A stretch of 64,000 bases of DNA from Arenicellales bacterium (GTDB lineage: Bacteria > Pseudomonadota > Gammaproteobacteria > Arenicellales > JAJDZL01): assembly GCA_963664525.1 (NCBI GenBank), contig OY761535.1:2456082-2520081 (forward strand), written 5' to 3'. The translations under genes and the position numbers were made by a program. The notes under the pieces were generated by a model. It worked only from the letters and a program-made list of their open reading frames with translations. It had not been told where the DNA came from and made no database searches. Within the stretch, counting starts at the first letter, position 1; the number at the start of each line of letters is the position of its first letter. Of this stretch, positions 18,898 through 29,297 are shown in pieces.

Positions 18898-21366
18898 TCA
18901 TCCTCTCATTCGCATCCCGTCGGGATCATAAGGAACTTGTGTCAATACACGAGTTCTGTACAAATCGCCCGCGACTTCGATCTCGTAATCCTTGTCAGCG
19001 ACCGCGAAGAGTGATTCGTTTGGATGACAGTTCACCAGCGCAAATGACAGCAGTTTGCCCGTTCTTGGGCCAACGCAACCCGAAGTCGTCAAACCCACAA
19101 TTTCATCATTGCACATCACCAATTCATCGCGCAGCAACAACGGTCGCTCGGTGGTTTCCAAAACCACTTCTAAAAGTACAAGCCTTTGCGACACACCGTG
19201 CGTTCGTTGATATTCAATCGCGTCACATCCGATATAACCGGATTTTTTTCTGCCTATAACAAATTCAATTCCAGCTTCAATCGGTGTCACGTCAGGCCCC
19301 CATTCGTGACTCCAGTGGCCGAATCCCTTTTCTATTCGACACCCGTCTAGAGCTAGCATCCCAAGATGTGCTATGTCAAATGTAGTACCAGCGGCCAAAA
19401 TTGCGTCGTAAATTTGTGGTGCATCACTTGCATTCATGTAAATCTCATATCCCAATTCACCCGCGTAACTGCGGCGCATTAGCACGACTGGCATTCCACC
19501 CATTGTTGCCTGTCGAATGTCCCCGAACGGAAACGACTCGGATTGGACATCTTGCAGCAAGACCTTCGACAGCACGTCGCGAGAACGAGGTCCCATCACA
19601 CCCAGCACGGCCTCATCCTGCGTCCGATCCTCAACGGAAACCTCATCAAATGATTCCAGTAATCGGCGAATACGGGCAAAATCTCGATAACGGGTTGCGG
19701 CACCACTCACGAGCCGGAATCGCTCATTAGACATTCTGCTGACGGTCACGTCTGCCTCGATTCCTCCAGATTCGTTCAGCATGACCGTGTATTTCGACCG
19801 GCCAGGCATCATGTCCATGTTTCCTGCGCACAAATACTGTAAACCGTCAAGCGCTCTTTTGCCAGAAATGTCAAATTTCGAAAACTGCGAAAGATCAACC
19901 AAGGCGACCCGGTCAGCCATATGTACGGCTTCTCGGTTGGCTATTGGCCACCAGGGCTGTTCACCATAGGTGTGAACGATCTTCCTTTCCGATTCGCACT
20001 TCGCGTACCACAACGGTACTTCCCAGTGCGGCAGACAACCGAACACAGCACCCGCTCTTTTCAGTCGATCAAACAGAGGCGATCGATAAAGCCCGACTCG
20101 AGGTTCAGGCTGCTTGTATGGCCAATGCATCGAAAACTGGGTGTACACGGCTTCTTGCATTCGCTTTTTAAGTCCCGACGAATCGTTCCATGCGCCACTC
20201 GCCCGGCACAAGTCCACCTCCCACATATCAAAACGTGGACGGCCTTTCAATATCCACTCAGCAAGCTCTCGCCCCACACCTGCCGAGGACATCACCCCAA
20301 CTGAATTAAACCCGGCTGCGACAAAAAGTCCAGCCACCTCAGACGACTCACCAATCAGGGGTTTGGTATCAGGCGTGAAACTCTCTGGCCCGTTCATGAA
20401 ACTTTGGATACCCGTTGTTTCAAGCATCGGCATTCGGTGAATCCCGGCATGCATAAACGGCTCAAATTGATCCCAATCCTCGTCAAACATCAAAAAGCCA
20501 CCCTCGTCCGGCAATGCACTGGCGGGGTCCCATGATTTGGCATTTTTTTCAAATCCGCCAATGATCAATTTTCCAGTATCACCTTTAAGATAAATTCCTG
20601 CATCCAGGTCACGAACAACAGGGAAAGAATCTGGCAAATGATCAATTGGCTCGGTAACCACATACATGTGTTCTACGCCTTGGAGCGGAACATTCACGCC
20701 GACACCGGCCGCCAGTTTGCGTGACCAAAGCCCTGCACATAGAACAACGCTGGCACAATCAACTTGTTCACCATTGTCAAGTAACACTCCACTGACCCGA
20801 CCGTTTTTCGCCAAGATGCTGCGTACCGGTTGATTTTCTTCCACTAGCACGTCAAATTTTTTTGCGCCTACAGCATATGCAGCACATAAATCCACCGGAT
20901 TGACCTGTGCATCCTCATCCACCCATAGTCCGCCAACCAGGTCATTGACTTTCAAATGCGGCGCAACCTGCTGAATTTCCCGCGCACTGATCATTTCAAC
21001 ACCCAGTCCAACCCGACAACCCATGGCATGGATTCGTCGAAGCTCAACCAGTCTTTCGTGATTTTGTGCCAGCCACAAGCCACCGGTTTGCCGATATCCT
21101 GTTGCCTGTCCAGTCAATTTTTCGAGCTTTGGAAAAATCTCCATTGCACCCATCGCAATCCTAGTCATGTTCAGCGACGAGCGAAGAGGTCCTACGATAC
21201 CCGCAGCGTGCCAGGATGTACCGCTGCCAAGTCGATTCGCTTCAAACAATCGCACCGCACAACCGCCGGACAAGCCAAGGTGATAAGCAAGCGACAGTCC
21301 AACTGCGCCTCCCCCGATAATGACGATGTCAAAATTGCTATTCACCCAAGAGAACTCAATCATCAA
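18898..21366 (-). CDS. GcvT-family FAD-dependent oxidoreductase (sarcosine/dimethylglycine dehydrogenase-like)
   Basis: IIGGGAVG, GTSWHAAG, NGPESFTPD, GFNSVG, SYAGELGYEI, RIEKGF. Confidence 0.92.
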   Translation of the reverse strand: MMIEFSWVNSNFDIVIIGGGAVGLSLAYHLGLSGGCAVRLFEANRLGSGTSWHAAGIVGPLRSSLNMTRIAMGAMEIFPKLEKLTGQATGYRQTGGLWLAQNHERLVELRRIHAMGCRVGLGVEMISAREIQQVAPHLKVNDLVGGLWVDEDAQVNPVDLCAAYAVGAKKFDVLVEENQPVRSILAKNGRVSGVLLDNGEQVDCASVVLCAGLWSRKLAAGVGVNVPLQGVEHMYVVTEPIDHLPDSFPVVRDLDAGIYLKGDTGKLIIGGFEKNAKSWDPASALPDEGGFLMFDEDWDQFEPFMHAGIHRMPMLETTGIQSFMNGPESFTPDTKPLIGESSEVAGLFVAAGFNSVGVMSSAGVGRELAEWILKGRPRFDMWEVDLCRASGAWNDSSGLKKRMQEAVYTQFSMHWPYKQPEPRVGLYRSPLFDRLKRAGAVFGCLPHWEVPLWYAKCESERKIVHTYGEQPWWPIANREAVHMADRVALVDLSQFSKFDISGKRALDGLQYLCAGNMDMMPGRSKYTVMLNESGGIEADVTVSRMSNERFRLVSGAATRYRDFARIRRLLESFDEVSVEDRTQDEAVLGVMGPRSRDVLSKVLLQDVQSESFPFGDIRQATMGGMPVVLMRRSYAGELGYEIYMNASDAPQIYDAILAAGTTFDIAHLGMLALDGCRIEKGFGHWSHEWGPDVTPIEAGIEFVIGRKKSGYIGCDAIEYQRTHGVSQRLVLLEVVLETTERPLLLRDELVMCNDEIVGLTTSGCVGPRTGKLLSFALVNCHPNESLFAVADKDYEIEVAGDLYRTRVLTQVPYDPDGMRMRG

Positions 21367-21729
21367 GCATGTAAAGATGTGTCATTTTAACGAGATTACA
21401 GTACTCGTGGGCAACGGTGCTGGGCAATAATCAATCAAGCAAATGCAACGAAGTTCGTTCAAATTGAACCAGATTGACCTGGATTTCTTTGGGGTATCTG
21501 AATTGCAGTGCCTTTCTAATCAATAGGTTGACCGACTGCCTGTGGAAATTCAAGAACGAAGTCAGCACAGTCCATCGCGCGGGTGTGGATGTTCGAAACC
21601 GGTATCGGTCGGTCGGTGCAAGAATCTTCACATTAGCACCGTTGATCAACACTCAAACTCTAGAGCAGCGATTTCATTTCGAATATTACTGACTGCTATT
21701 GGAGAGTTTAGGTATTTCATACCGATAAA

Positions 21730-23286
21730 ATGACCTGTATGGACTCTATGGCTGCCAAGAAATCACGCCGAAGGACTGGCGGGCGTCAATCGAAGCGCGA
21801 TCGCAGACGTCAGGCAACGACCCCAGGACGGGGTGCACCTTACATCAAGCGTCATGTTGGCAGAATTTCCCTGCTTGATGAAAATGGTTTGATTCTGATC
21901 GAAAAAAATGCTGACCGTATTCTGGAAAAGGTCGGCATGGACTTTCGTGATGACCCTGAAACCTTAGATATCTTTCGGATGTCAGGGTGCAAGATCACCG
22001 GGGAACGCGTTCGATTCGAGCCAGGTTTTTGTCGTGATGTGATTCAAAAATCAGCACCTCGACAATTTATCCAACACGCCAGAAACCCTGAACGATCCGT
22101 GGTTGTCGGTGGCAATAATTCCCTGTTCTGCCCCAGTTTTGGCTCACCATTCGTACACGACATTGATCGCGGGCGGCGGTACTCAACCACTGAGGATTTT
22201 GAAAACTTAACCCGCCTTCACTACATGCTGGACAGTGTTCACCATTCCGGTGGCGTGGTTTGCGAGCCGGTTGATCTGCCCGTTTCGGAACGTCACCTGT
22301 TTATGGGTAAAACCCACTTAAAGCTAAACGACAAACCGTTCATGGGCGCCGTCACCGCCAAGGAAAGGGCTATTGACACGGTCGAAATGGTGAAAATTGT
22401 TTTTGGCGAAAAATTTGTCGATGAAAACTGCTGCCTTTACAGTGTAGTCAATACCAACGCACCTTTGGTGCTTGACGCGACCATGCTGGATGCGCTGAAG
22501 GTTTATGCCCATGCCAACCAGGCGGTGGTCGTTTCGCCATTCGTGCTCGGCGGTGCCATGAGTCCTGTTTCCGTTGCTGCAACTTTGGCACAGGTGCTGG
22601 CGGAAGTGTTAGCGGGACTTTGCTTGATTCAGTTGATTCGACCTGGCGCACCTGCTGTGTTTGGCACCTTTTTCAGCCCTATCTCCCTACAGTCTGGCGC
22701 GACAACATTTGGTACACCCGAAGGCATGCAGTTCCAGATGTGCGCCCGTTCCCTCGCAGACCGTCTGGGAGTTCCGCTTCACTCCGTCGGTGCCTTGACT
22801 GCTTCTAAAGTTCCCGATGCCCAAGCCGCCTATGAAAGCGCAACACAATTGATCGGCTCATTCATGGCCGGTACACATTTCATCATTCATGCAACCGGGT
22901 GCCTGGAAAGCCTGCTGACCGTAGGATACGAAAAAGTGATTATGGATGCGGACCGGTGCGCAATGCTCACTGCCTTTGCTGAAAAACTGGATCTTTCCGA
23001 AGAGGCTCAGGCTTGGGACGCATTCGAAGAGGTTGAACCCGGTGAGCATTTTCTGGCCGCAAGTCACACGCAGCGCAATTTTGAGACTGCATTTTTTCAG
23101 TCTTTGGCTGCAGACAACAAATCCTATGAACAGTGGCAGGCTGAAGGGTCAAGCTGGCAGCACCAGCGCGCAAATCAGATTTGGAAAGAACTTTTGAACG
23201 AATATCAACCCCCACCGATGGACGCTGATATTGTCAAGGCACTCGACGAATTTGTCGAATGCCGGCTCGGTGAAATTCGCAAATGA
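21730..23286 (+). CDS. Trimethylamine methyltransferase (MttB) superfamily protein, non-pyrrolysine (MtgB-like)
   Basis: Arg-rich N-terminus RRRTGGR, FIQHARNP, CEPVDLP, DKPFMG, GAMSPVS, FGTPE, SKVPDAQAAYE, FIIHATGCLE; no in-frame TAG. Confidence 0.9.
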   Translation: MTCMDSMAAKKSRRRTGGRQSKRDRRRQATTPGRGAPYIKRHVGRISLLDENGLILIEKNADRILEKVGMDFRDDPETLDIFRMSGCKITGERVRFEPGFCRDVIQKSAPRQFIQHARNPERSVVVGGNNSLFCPSFGSPFVHDIDRGRRYSTTEDFENLTRLHYMLDSVHHSGGVVCEPVDLPVSERHLFMGKTHLKLNDKPFMGAVTAKERAIDTVEMVKIVFGEKFVDENCCLYSVVNTNAPLVLDATMLDALKVYAHANQAVVVSPFVLGGAMSPVSVAATLAQVLAEVLAGLCLIQLIRPGAPAVFGTFFSPISLQSGATTFGTPEGMQFQMCARSLADRLGVPLHSVGALTASKVPDAQAAYESATQLIGSFMAGTHFIIHATGCLESLLTVGYEKVIMDADRCAMLTAFAEKLDLSEEAQAWDAFEEVEPGEHFLAASHTQRNFETAFFQSLAADNKSYEQWQAEGSSWQHQRANQIWKELLNEYQPPPMDADIVKALDEFVECRLGEIRK

Positions 23287-23299
23287 TGGAAAACACGCA

Positions 23300-24610
23300 A
23301 TGAAAATTAAAACAGACTGGTCTAGCTCGGGTGTGATTGCACGGCGCGAAAAATACTACGCTGCTTCGCAGCGAAAATTTCAACCCTATCAAACACCCCT
23401 TATTCTTAAATACGGAAAGGGGCAATACCTGTGGGACGAAAATGACAATCGTCTGATTGATCTTCTGGCGATGAATGTGTGCATATCTGTCGGTCACGCA
23501 CATCCGGACGTCGTTCAGGCCGCAAGCGAGCAGGCCGTTTCGCTGCCACACTGCACCACGATGTTTTACCACCCGGTTCCCGCGCATTTCGCCGAAGAAC
23601 TGGCAGCCACCATGCCGCAAGGATACGACTGGGTCGTCCATTTCACCAACAGTGGTGCCGAAGCCATCGATCTGGCATTGATGATGGCGCGCGCCTACAC
23701 CGGTCGTAGTGACATTGTTTCACTTCAAGGTGGCTATCATGGACCGACTTATGGAGCACAGTCAATCACTGGAATCTATGGATTTCGACATGACGTCAAC
23801 TTACCAGGGAACGTTCAGTTCACAACATCGCCGAATCCATATCGAGGCCGATTCGGCGATGCCACTGAACCGTATCTCGCTGCTCTTGAAGACACCATTC
23901 AGTTCGGCACTTGCGGACATCTTGCCGCAATGGTCATCGAGCCGGTCCAAGGCTACGTCGGCATCGTGCCGATGCCAAAAGGGTATATTTCCGGAGCAGC
24001 AGAAAGAATACGCGCCGCCGGCGGGGTGATGATTCTTGATGAAGTTCAGGCCGGTTTCGGTAGAACGGGTGAATCTTTCTGGAGTTTTCAACAACATGAT
24101 GTCATCCCGGAAATTGTGGTTGCTGCCAAAGGGATCGGAAACGGTTATCCACTTGGCGCAGTCATTGCACAAAAGGACGTTGCCGAGCCCATGGCCGATA
24201 AATTCCTGTTTCACACCTACGGTGCAAACCCGATGAGCTGTGCTGCCGGGCGCGCTGTTTTGAAAGTCATCGAAGAAGAAAAACTCCAGCAAAACTCAAA
24301 GACCGTTGGAAAGCTGCTGCTCGATGGACTTTCCGGTTTGATGAGCGATCATCCCGTTATTGGCGATGTACGCGGCCGAGGTCTCATGATCGCAGTGGAA
24401 CTCGTTAAAGATCGCCACACCAAGGAACCGGCAAGCGAAGAAACGGCGCTCGTTTTCGAAAAGACTCGAGACTACGGTCTCGTTACCAGCAAGGCTGGAC
24501 CTGAGCGAAGCGTGTTAAGGCTTGTGCCGCCGATGTGCCTTTCCAGTGAAGATGTTCCATACATTGTGGAGGCGATGGACCGATCGTTTGTTGCCTTAAA
24601 GGACCGGTGA
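23300..24610 (+). CDS. Class-III PLP aminotransferase (AGXT2 / beta-alanine-pyruvate-like)
   Basis: GKGQYLWD, SVGHAHP, FTNSGAEA, EPVQG, DEVQAGFGRTG, AKGIGNG (PLP lysine), HTYGANP. ATG 23300 preferred. Confidence 0.92.
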   Translation: MKIKTDWSSSGVIARREKYYAASQRKFQPYQTPLILKYGKGQYLWDENDNRLIDLLAMNVCISVGHAHPDVVQAASEQAVSLPHCTTMFYHPVPAHFAEELAATMPQGYDWVVHFTNSGAEAIDLALMMARAYTGRSDIVSLQGGYHGPTYGAQSITGIYGFRHDVNLPGNVQFTTSPNPYRGRFGDATEPYLAALEDTIQFGTCGHLAAMVIEPVQGYVGIVPMPKGYISGAAERIRAAGGVMILDEVQAGFGRTGESFWSFQQHDVIPEIVVAAKGIGNGYPLGAVIAQKDVAEPMADKFLFHTYGANPMSCAAGRAVLKVIEEEKLQQNSKTVGKLLLDGLSGLMSDHPVIGDVRGRGLMIAVELVKDRHTKEPASEETALVFEKTRDYGLVTSKAGPERSVLRLVPPMCLSSEDVPYIVEAMDRSFVALKDR

Positions 24611-24670
24611 TCAATAACGCCAAGCGGTCAACGCGATACAGCCAGCGAAGCAAAAGCTGCAGCAGCACAT

Positions 24671-25042
24671 TCAAGGACCGAAAAAAAAGCCGCCAATGAT
24701 CCGGTTCGGAAGCAGGGTGAAGATGCCGGCGACAACCAATCCAATGAAACTGCCGATCATTGAACTGAAGTGTGCGCGGCGGTGGCCCTTACGAATCATG
24801 ATAATGGCAAAAGCCATCGACATCAGCGTAAACGCAGAAAGTACGTGAATCCAACTCAGGCCGCCAGGGTTGAGATCGTGAATTGCGAATGACCCGATTG
24901 CAACCAAAGCCATCATCGATACCCATATCCGCCCGATCAATTTGTGCCTTGGTGTACCTTTGGGCATCAACAGCAAGACCGCGCCAAGAATGACCGAAGC
25001 CAAAGCGAACACGATATGAGATCCGATCAAGTAGGGATACAT
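24671..25042 (-). CDS. DUF2306-like small membrane protein
   Basis: Four TMs; HIVFA, KGTPRHKLIGRIW, SWIHVLS, AGIFTLLPNRIIG. Confidence 0.8.
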   Translation of the reverse strand: MYPYLIGSHIVFALASVILGAVLLLMPKGTPRHKLIGRIWVSMMALVAIGSFAIHDLNPGGLSWIHVLSAFTLMSMAFAIIMIRKGHRRAHFSSMIGSFIGLVVAGIFTLLPNRIIGGFFFGP

Positions 25043-25398
25043 CGAAAATTGCCTCTCTTAATACGTCAAGTAACCGCAGTTGCTTTCGTGTGTTTGACCG
25101 AGTCGACTTTTTGATCAAACGATGCAGCAAGCAGAACATATTCGAATCGTGAAACGTCAATCGTCGGCGAGTAGAACTGACAAAACCAAACTGACACAAA
25201 CAAAACACGCATTTGCAACAAAAATCAAGAAATTTCAGTAAAAACGCAACAGAATATTTTATTTTGCAAGAAAAAATAGGCGAAAAGTATATTTCCTGCG
25301 CCTATTTGAGCGATTTTTTCGTACAATGGACTCTTGATAATGGAACACGCAATGTTGATAGAACAACTTCAACTTCCAGAAATCTGGTGGTTAAATTT

Positions 25399-25680
25399 AT
25401 GGTTACAGTTTCTACAATAGAAGCGCAAATTAAGGAAGTGGAAAAGTTTGATGTTCACCTCATTCATCCACAAAGCGAAAGGCGTCTGCACTCCAAGCTC
25501 GAAGGACTGCCGGAGTACCCATACACAACGCCCGCTGCTTCAAACATGTCAGCGAATCGTTGGCGTCGACTTCGCTTTAATCCGCTTTACTCACAATACG
25601 CGGCAAGAGTATTGATGGGAAATGGTAAGGTAGCAAGAGGTCCGGATCGGTTGTACGCAATACGACGCAGTTACAACTAG
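25399..25680 (+). CDS. Small conserved hypothetical protein (93 aa)
   Basis: ATG 25399. The pattern VSTIEAQIKEVEKFDV...LPEYPY...MSANRWRRLRF...VLMGNG...LYAIRRSY resembles a family of about 90-aa hypothetical proteins as I recall it. The upstream in-frame extension is AT-rich and probably non-coding. Confidence 0.6.
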   Translation: MVTVSTIEAQIKEVEKFDVHLIHPQSERRLHSKLEGLPEYPYTTPAASNMSANRWRRLRFNPLYSQYAARVLMGNGKVARGPDRLYAIRRSYN

Positions 25681-25816
25681 TCACTCGTTCAAATGAAAAC
25701 GCTACTCAAATTGAGTGGCCTTCCTGTCAAAAAAAGCGCATATCCGCAAGACGGCCGTGCGAATGGTGGTCGCAATTTTGTTCGCGCGAGAGCGTACAAA
25801 CCAATCCCAACGCTGA

Positions 25817-26671
25817 CTAAAGGTAAGACAGAGCGAGTCCGCCGAATACGAGCGCCCCAAACCAACTGTTGCCTAAAAAAGCAGCATAGAATTTTTCCCG
25901 ACTGTCTTCACGGCACGCAATCTGGTGCCAAACCCCAACCAATGCTGCACAAACCACGCCAAAAAAGTAATATTCGTTCAAATTCTCCAGATATCCAATG
26001 ACACTCAATATTGCGAGCGTTAACACCTGACAGATTCCGATCACCAGTCGGTCGCGTGTGCCACTCAGTGTCGCCAGCGATTTGACTCCGATTCGAACAT
26101 CGTCATCGCGATCCACCATCGCATAAAACGTGTCATATGCGCCTGCCCACGCAATATTGGCCAAGAGCAATAGCCACCCGACCAGTGGGACTGAATTCAA
26201 GTGTGCTGCAAATGCAATCGGGATTCCCCAACCAAATGCGATGCCCAGATAAAACTGTGGCAGGCCCGAAACTCTTTTGAGAAACGGGTACGAAGCCGCA
26301 AGAAATAGTCCAACGAATGCCAGCATGATCGACAGCCAATTGAGAAATAAAACCAGAACAAATCCAAGCACACTCAAACATAAAAATAAAAGCAAAGCTT
26401 CTCGTCCCGAAACTTCTCCGGTTGCCAAAGGACGCTTACGCGTTCTTTCGACGTGCGGGTCGAAATCCCGATCTGCAAAGTCATTGATGACACAACCGGC
26501 TGATCGCATGACAAATACACCGATCACCATGATCAGTACAATGTCCGGACGCGGCTCTCCTTGACCTGCAATCCAAAGCGCCCATAAGGTCGGCCACAAT
26601 AACAGCAAGCTTCCGATGGGTTTATCCAGGCGCATCAAACGGGCATAGGCACTTAGACGGTTAAACAGCAC
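25817..26671 (-). CDS. ubiA: 4-hydroxybenzoate octaprenyltransferase
   Basis: RLDKPIGSLLLLWP, GCVINDFADRDFD, RPLATG, YDTFYAMVDRDDD. Confidence 0.96.
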   Translation of the reverse strand: MLFNRLSAYARLMRLDKPIGSLLLLWPTLWALWIAGQGEPRPDIVLIMVIGVFVMRSAGCVINDFADRDFDPHVERTRKRPLATGEVSGREALLLFLCLSVLGFVLVLFLNWLSIMLAFVGLFLAASYPFLKRVSGLPQFYLGIAFGWGIPIAFAAHLNSVPLVGWLLLLANIAWAGAYDTFYAMVDRDDDVRIGVKSLATLSGTRDRLVIGICQVLTLAILSVIGYLENLNEYYFFGVVCAALVGVWHQIACREDSREKFYAAFLGNSWFGALVFGGLALSYL

Positions 26672-28754
26672 TGTATTGACCCTCTCGCTTTGTCCATCTT
26701 CGAATCAAAGGCTGCACCAGGTCCGGAAACTGATCCAGGATCATTTCAGCCACCTCAATCACATCATGCAGGTACTCGCGGTCGCGTGAAAGCTCGGCAA
26801 CTCGAAACATTTGCGCACCAGTTTGGCGCGTACCAAGCAGTTCCCCGGCACCTCGCAGTACCAGGTCCTGTTCAGCGATGCGGAATCCATTGCTCGTTTG
26901 TCGCATGACCTGTAATCGCTTGTGTGCCATATCCGACAGCGCCCCCTTGTACATCAGCACACAGGTCGCCTGCGTCGTACCTCGACCGACGCGTCCTCGT
27001 AACTGGTGAAGTTGAGCCAGTCCCAGTCGCTCGGCGCTTTCGATGACCATCAGGCTCGCATTGGGTACGTCTACTCCAACTTCGATTACTGTGGTTGCAA
27101 CCAAGACATCAATTTCACCATTCCTGAATCGTTTCATGACTAAATCGCGATGATCACTCTTGATACGTCCATGAATCAGTGCGATTCGACGCTTAGGCAG
27201 TGACTGTCTGACGTACTTTTCTGCTTCGACTGCAGATTCAACATCCAGCACTTCGGACTTGTCGATGATCGGGCACACCCAGTAAGCTTGCTGACCCGAT
27301 TCGCATAGCGCGTCGATTTTCCGGATGGCTTGGTCCCGATGCTGTGACGAAATGACTTCAGTTTTCACTGGAATGCGGCCTGGCGGTAATTCCGTGATGC
27401 TGGATACATCCAGGTCGGCATAAAACGCCATTGCCAAGGTTCGGGGAATGGGAGTTGCTGTCATGACCAGTTGATGAGGCACCTGTTGGTCAACTCGCCC
27501 TTTCTCGCGCAGCGCGAATCGCTGGCCGACACCAAATCGATGCTGTTCATCGACGATCACCAAGCCCAGTCGAGCAAATTCAACGCCTTCTTGAAACAGT
27601 GCGTGAGTACCAATAACGATCTTGGCCTGACCGCTTTTCATTGCGCGGCCAACTTGCCTTCGAGTTTGCGCAGGCAGGCGTCCGGTCAGCATCAAGGATT
27701 CGATTCCCAATGGTGCAAACCAGTCATAGAAGGATTTCATATGCTGTTCTGCCAATAATTCGGTCGGTGCCATGATGGCGACCTGGTGGCCTGAATCAAC
27801 AACCCAGGCTGCAGCAGCGGCGGCAACCAAAGTCTTGCCGGAACCGACGTCACCTTGCACCAGTCTGAGCATTGGCGTCGTGGTTCTCAAATCAGCCAGT
27901 ATTTCCCGAATGACCAGGCGCTGAGAATCGGTTGGGGTAAAGCGAAGTGAATCCCGCAATCGCTTGGAAAGATCCCCCTCGGGGTGCATTCGCAGCGCAT
28001 CTGCGGATTGTCGCAGTCGTTTTTGCTGTCGGCGCGCAATTTGAAACGATACCAACTCTTCAAATATCAAGCGTTGCATTGCAGACTGAATATCATTCAT
28101 ATCGACCCGTTCAACCGCTCCTGTTTTTGGTGTATGAATGTCTTGCAGCGCACGATCAATCACATCCAAATCAAATCGGTCAACCACGGCACGAGGTAAT
28201 AGTTCTGGAATCTTGTGTCGGTGACAATATTCGAACGCCAAATTCACAAGTTCGCGCATTTTTGCCTGACTGATTCCCTCGGTCAATCCATAAACCGGCG
28301 TTAATCGATCGTCCTTTGGAGCAGAGGGTGGATATTGAAACACGGAATATTCCGGGTGAATCATTTCATAGCCTTGCTTGGAATATCTCACCTCGCCAAA
28401 ACATCGAATCCAACTGGCTTTTTCCAGCATTGTTTTTTGTTTGTACGAATAGTGAAAGAGCCTCATGCTCATTCGCCCACTTTCATCCTGGATTTGTACC
28501 GTGAGCGAACGACGATAGCGATAATGTTCATTGACTGTGGCAATTTGGCCAACGATCAATGCGCTTTGCCCATTGACGAGAGATTCAATTGGTGAGGTTC
28601 GGGTTTTATCCTGGAATCGGTAAGGCAAATGCAACAGCAGATCCTTAACCTGAAAGATGCCTAATCGTTCCAGAGTCGATGCAAGTTTCGGCCCGATACG
28701 CGGAAGTTCCGTTACGGAATTCTCTTCGGGGTGGTCAATTCGGACGGGTTCCAC
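26661..28754 (-). CDS. recG: ATP-dependent DNA helicase RecG
   Basis: QGDVGSGKT, MAPTELLAEQH, DEQHRFG, MTATPIPRTL, LHQLRGRVGRG. Confidence 0.97.
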   Translation of the reverse strand: MEPVRIDHPEENSVTELPRIGPKLASTLERLGIFQVKDLLLHLPYRFQDKTRTSPIESLVNGQSALIVGQIATVNEHYRYRRSLTVQIQDESGRMSMRLFHYSYKQKTMLEKASWIRCFGEVRYSKQGYEMIHPEYSVFQYPPSAPKDDRLTPVYGLTEGISQAKMRELVNLAFEYCHRHKIPELLPRAVVDRFDLDVIDRALQDIHTPKTGAVERVDMNDIQSAMQRLIFEELVSFQIARRQQKRLRQSADALRMHPEGDLSKRLRDSLRFTPTDSQRLVIREILADLRTTTPMLRLVQGDVGSGKTLVAAAAAAWVVDSGHQVAIMAPTELLAEQHMKSFYDWFAPLGIESLMLTGRLPAQTRRQVGRAMKSGQAKIVIGTHALFQEGVEFARLGLVIVDEQHRFGVGQRFALREKGRVDQQVPHQLVMTATPIPRTLAMAFYADLDVSSITELPPGRIPVKTEVISSQHRDQAIRKIDALCESGQQAYWVCPIIDKSEVLDVESAVEAEKYVRQSLPKRRIALIHGRIKSDHRDLVMKRFRNGEIDVLVATTVIEVGVDVPNASLMVIESAERLGLAQLHQLRGRVGRGTTQATCVLMYKGALSDMAHKRLQVMRQTSNGFRIAEQDLVLRGAGELLGTRQTGAQMFRVAELSRDREYLHDVIEVAEMILDQFPDLVQPLIRRWTKREGQYSAV

Positions 28755-29144
28755 CTAAGCCTGTAGAGTCAAGATCGCTTCGACTTCAACACCGACACCT
28801 TTTGGCAGCGAAGCAACACCAATGGCCGCTCGGGCTGGATAAGGCTGTTCAAAAATTTCACCCATGACCTCGTTGACAATGGGAAAATCGTTCAGGTCAA
28901 CCAGGTATACCGTCAATTTGACAACGTGAGCGAGGCTGACCCCGGCGGCTTGCGCAATCGCAGACAGGTTTGCAAAGACCTGTTTGATATGAGTACGAAT
29001 ATCGCCGTCCACAACCTCCTGGGTTTCCGGATCCAGTGGAATCTGGCCGGAAACATAGAGTGTACCCGCGTGCTTTACCGCCTGGGAATAGGCACCGATC
29101 GCAGCCGGCGCTTTATCTGTCGATATGATTTGTCGGATCGTCAT
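28755..29144 (-). CDS. ridA: RidA/YjgF family enamine/imine deaminase
   Basis: APAAIGAYSQA, SGQIPLDP, PYPARA, LPKGVGVEVEA. Confidence 0.93.
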   Translation of the reverse strand: MTIRQIISTDKAPAAIGAYSQAVKHAGTLYVSGQIPLDPETQEVVDGDIRTHIKQVFANLSAIAQAAGVSLAHVVKLTVYLVDLNDFPIVNEVMGEIFEQPYPARAAIGVASLPKGVGVEVEAILTLQA

Positions 29145-29297
29145 TGCCTCACTACCTTGATGTTGCAGGAGCAGTCTTCACTTTCGCCGTTTCCTGACCG
29201 TCGATTGAAAGATGAGTGTGAACGCCAGGTCGACACTCCATCCTGGTTGTGTCGATTATATCGTTGCGCGCATTTTCCCCTGGCAAGGCCAGTGTAT

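Noticed and set aside
21730-23286. Pyrrolysine-containing trimethylamine methyltransferase
   Set aside because: The ORF has no in-frame amber codon and there are no pyl genes in the window.
25693-26001. 102-aa ORF overlapping the ubiA 3' end, and similar short ORFs opposite housekeeping genes
   Set aside because: They overlap well-supported genes on the other strand and show no motifs.
29230-29256. Hairpin TCGACAC...GTGTCGA between spoT and ridA
   Set aside because: A 7-bp stem with a long loop and no U-tract; not enough to call a terminator or ncRNA.
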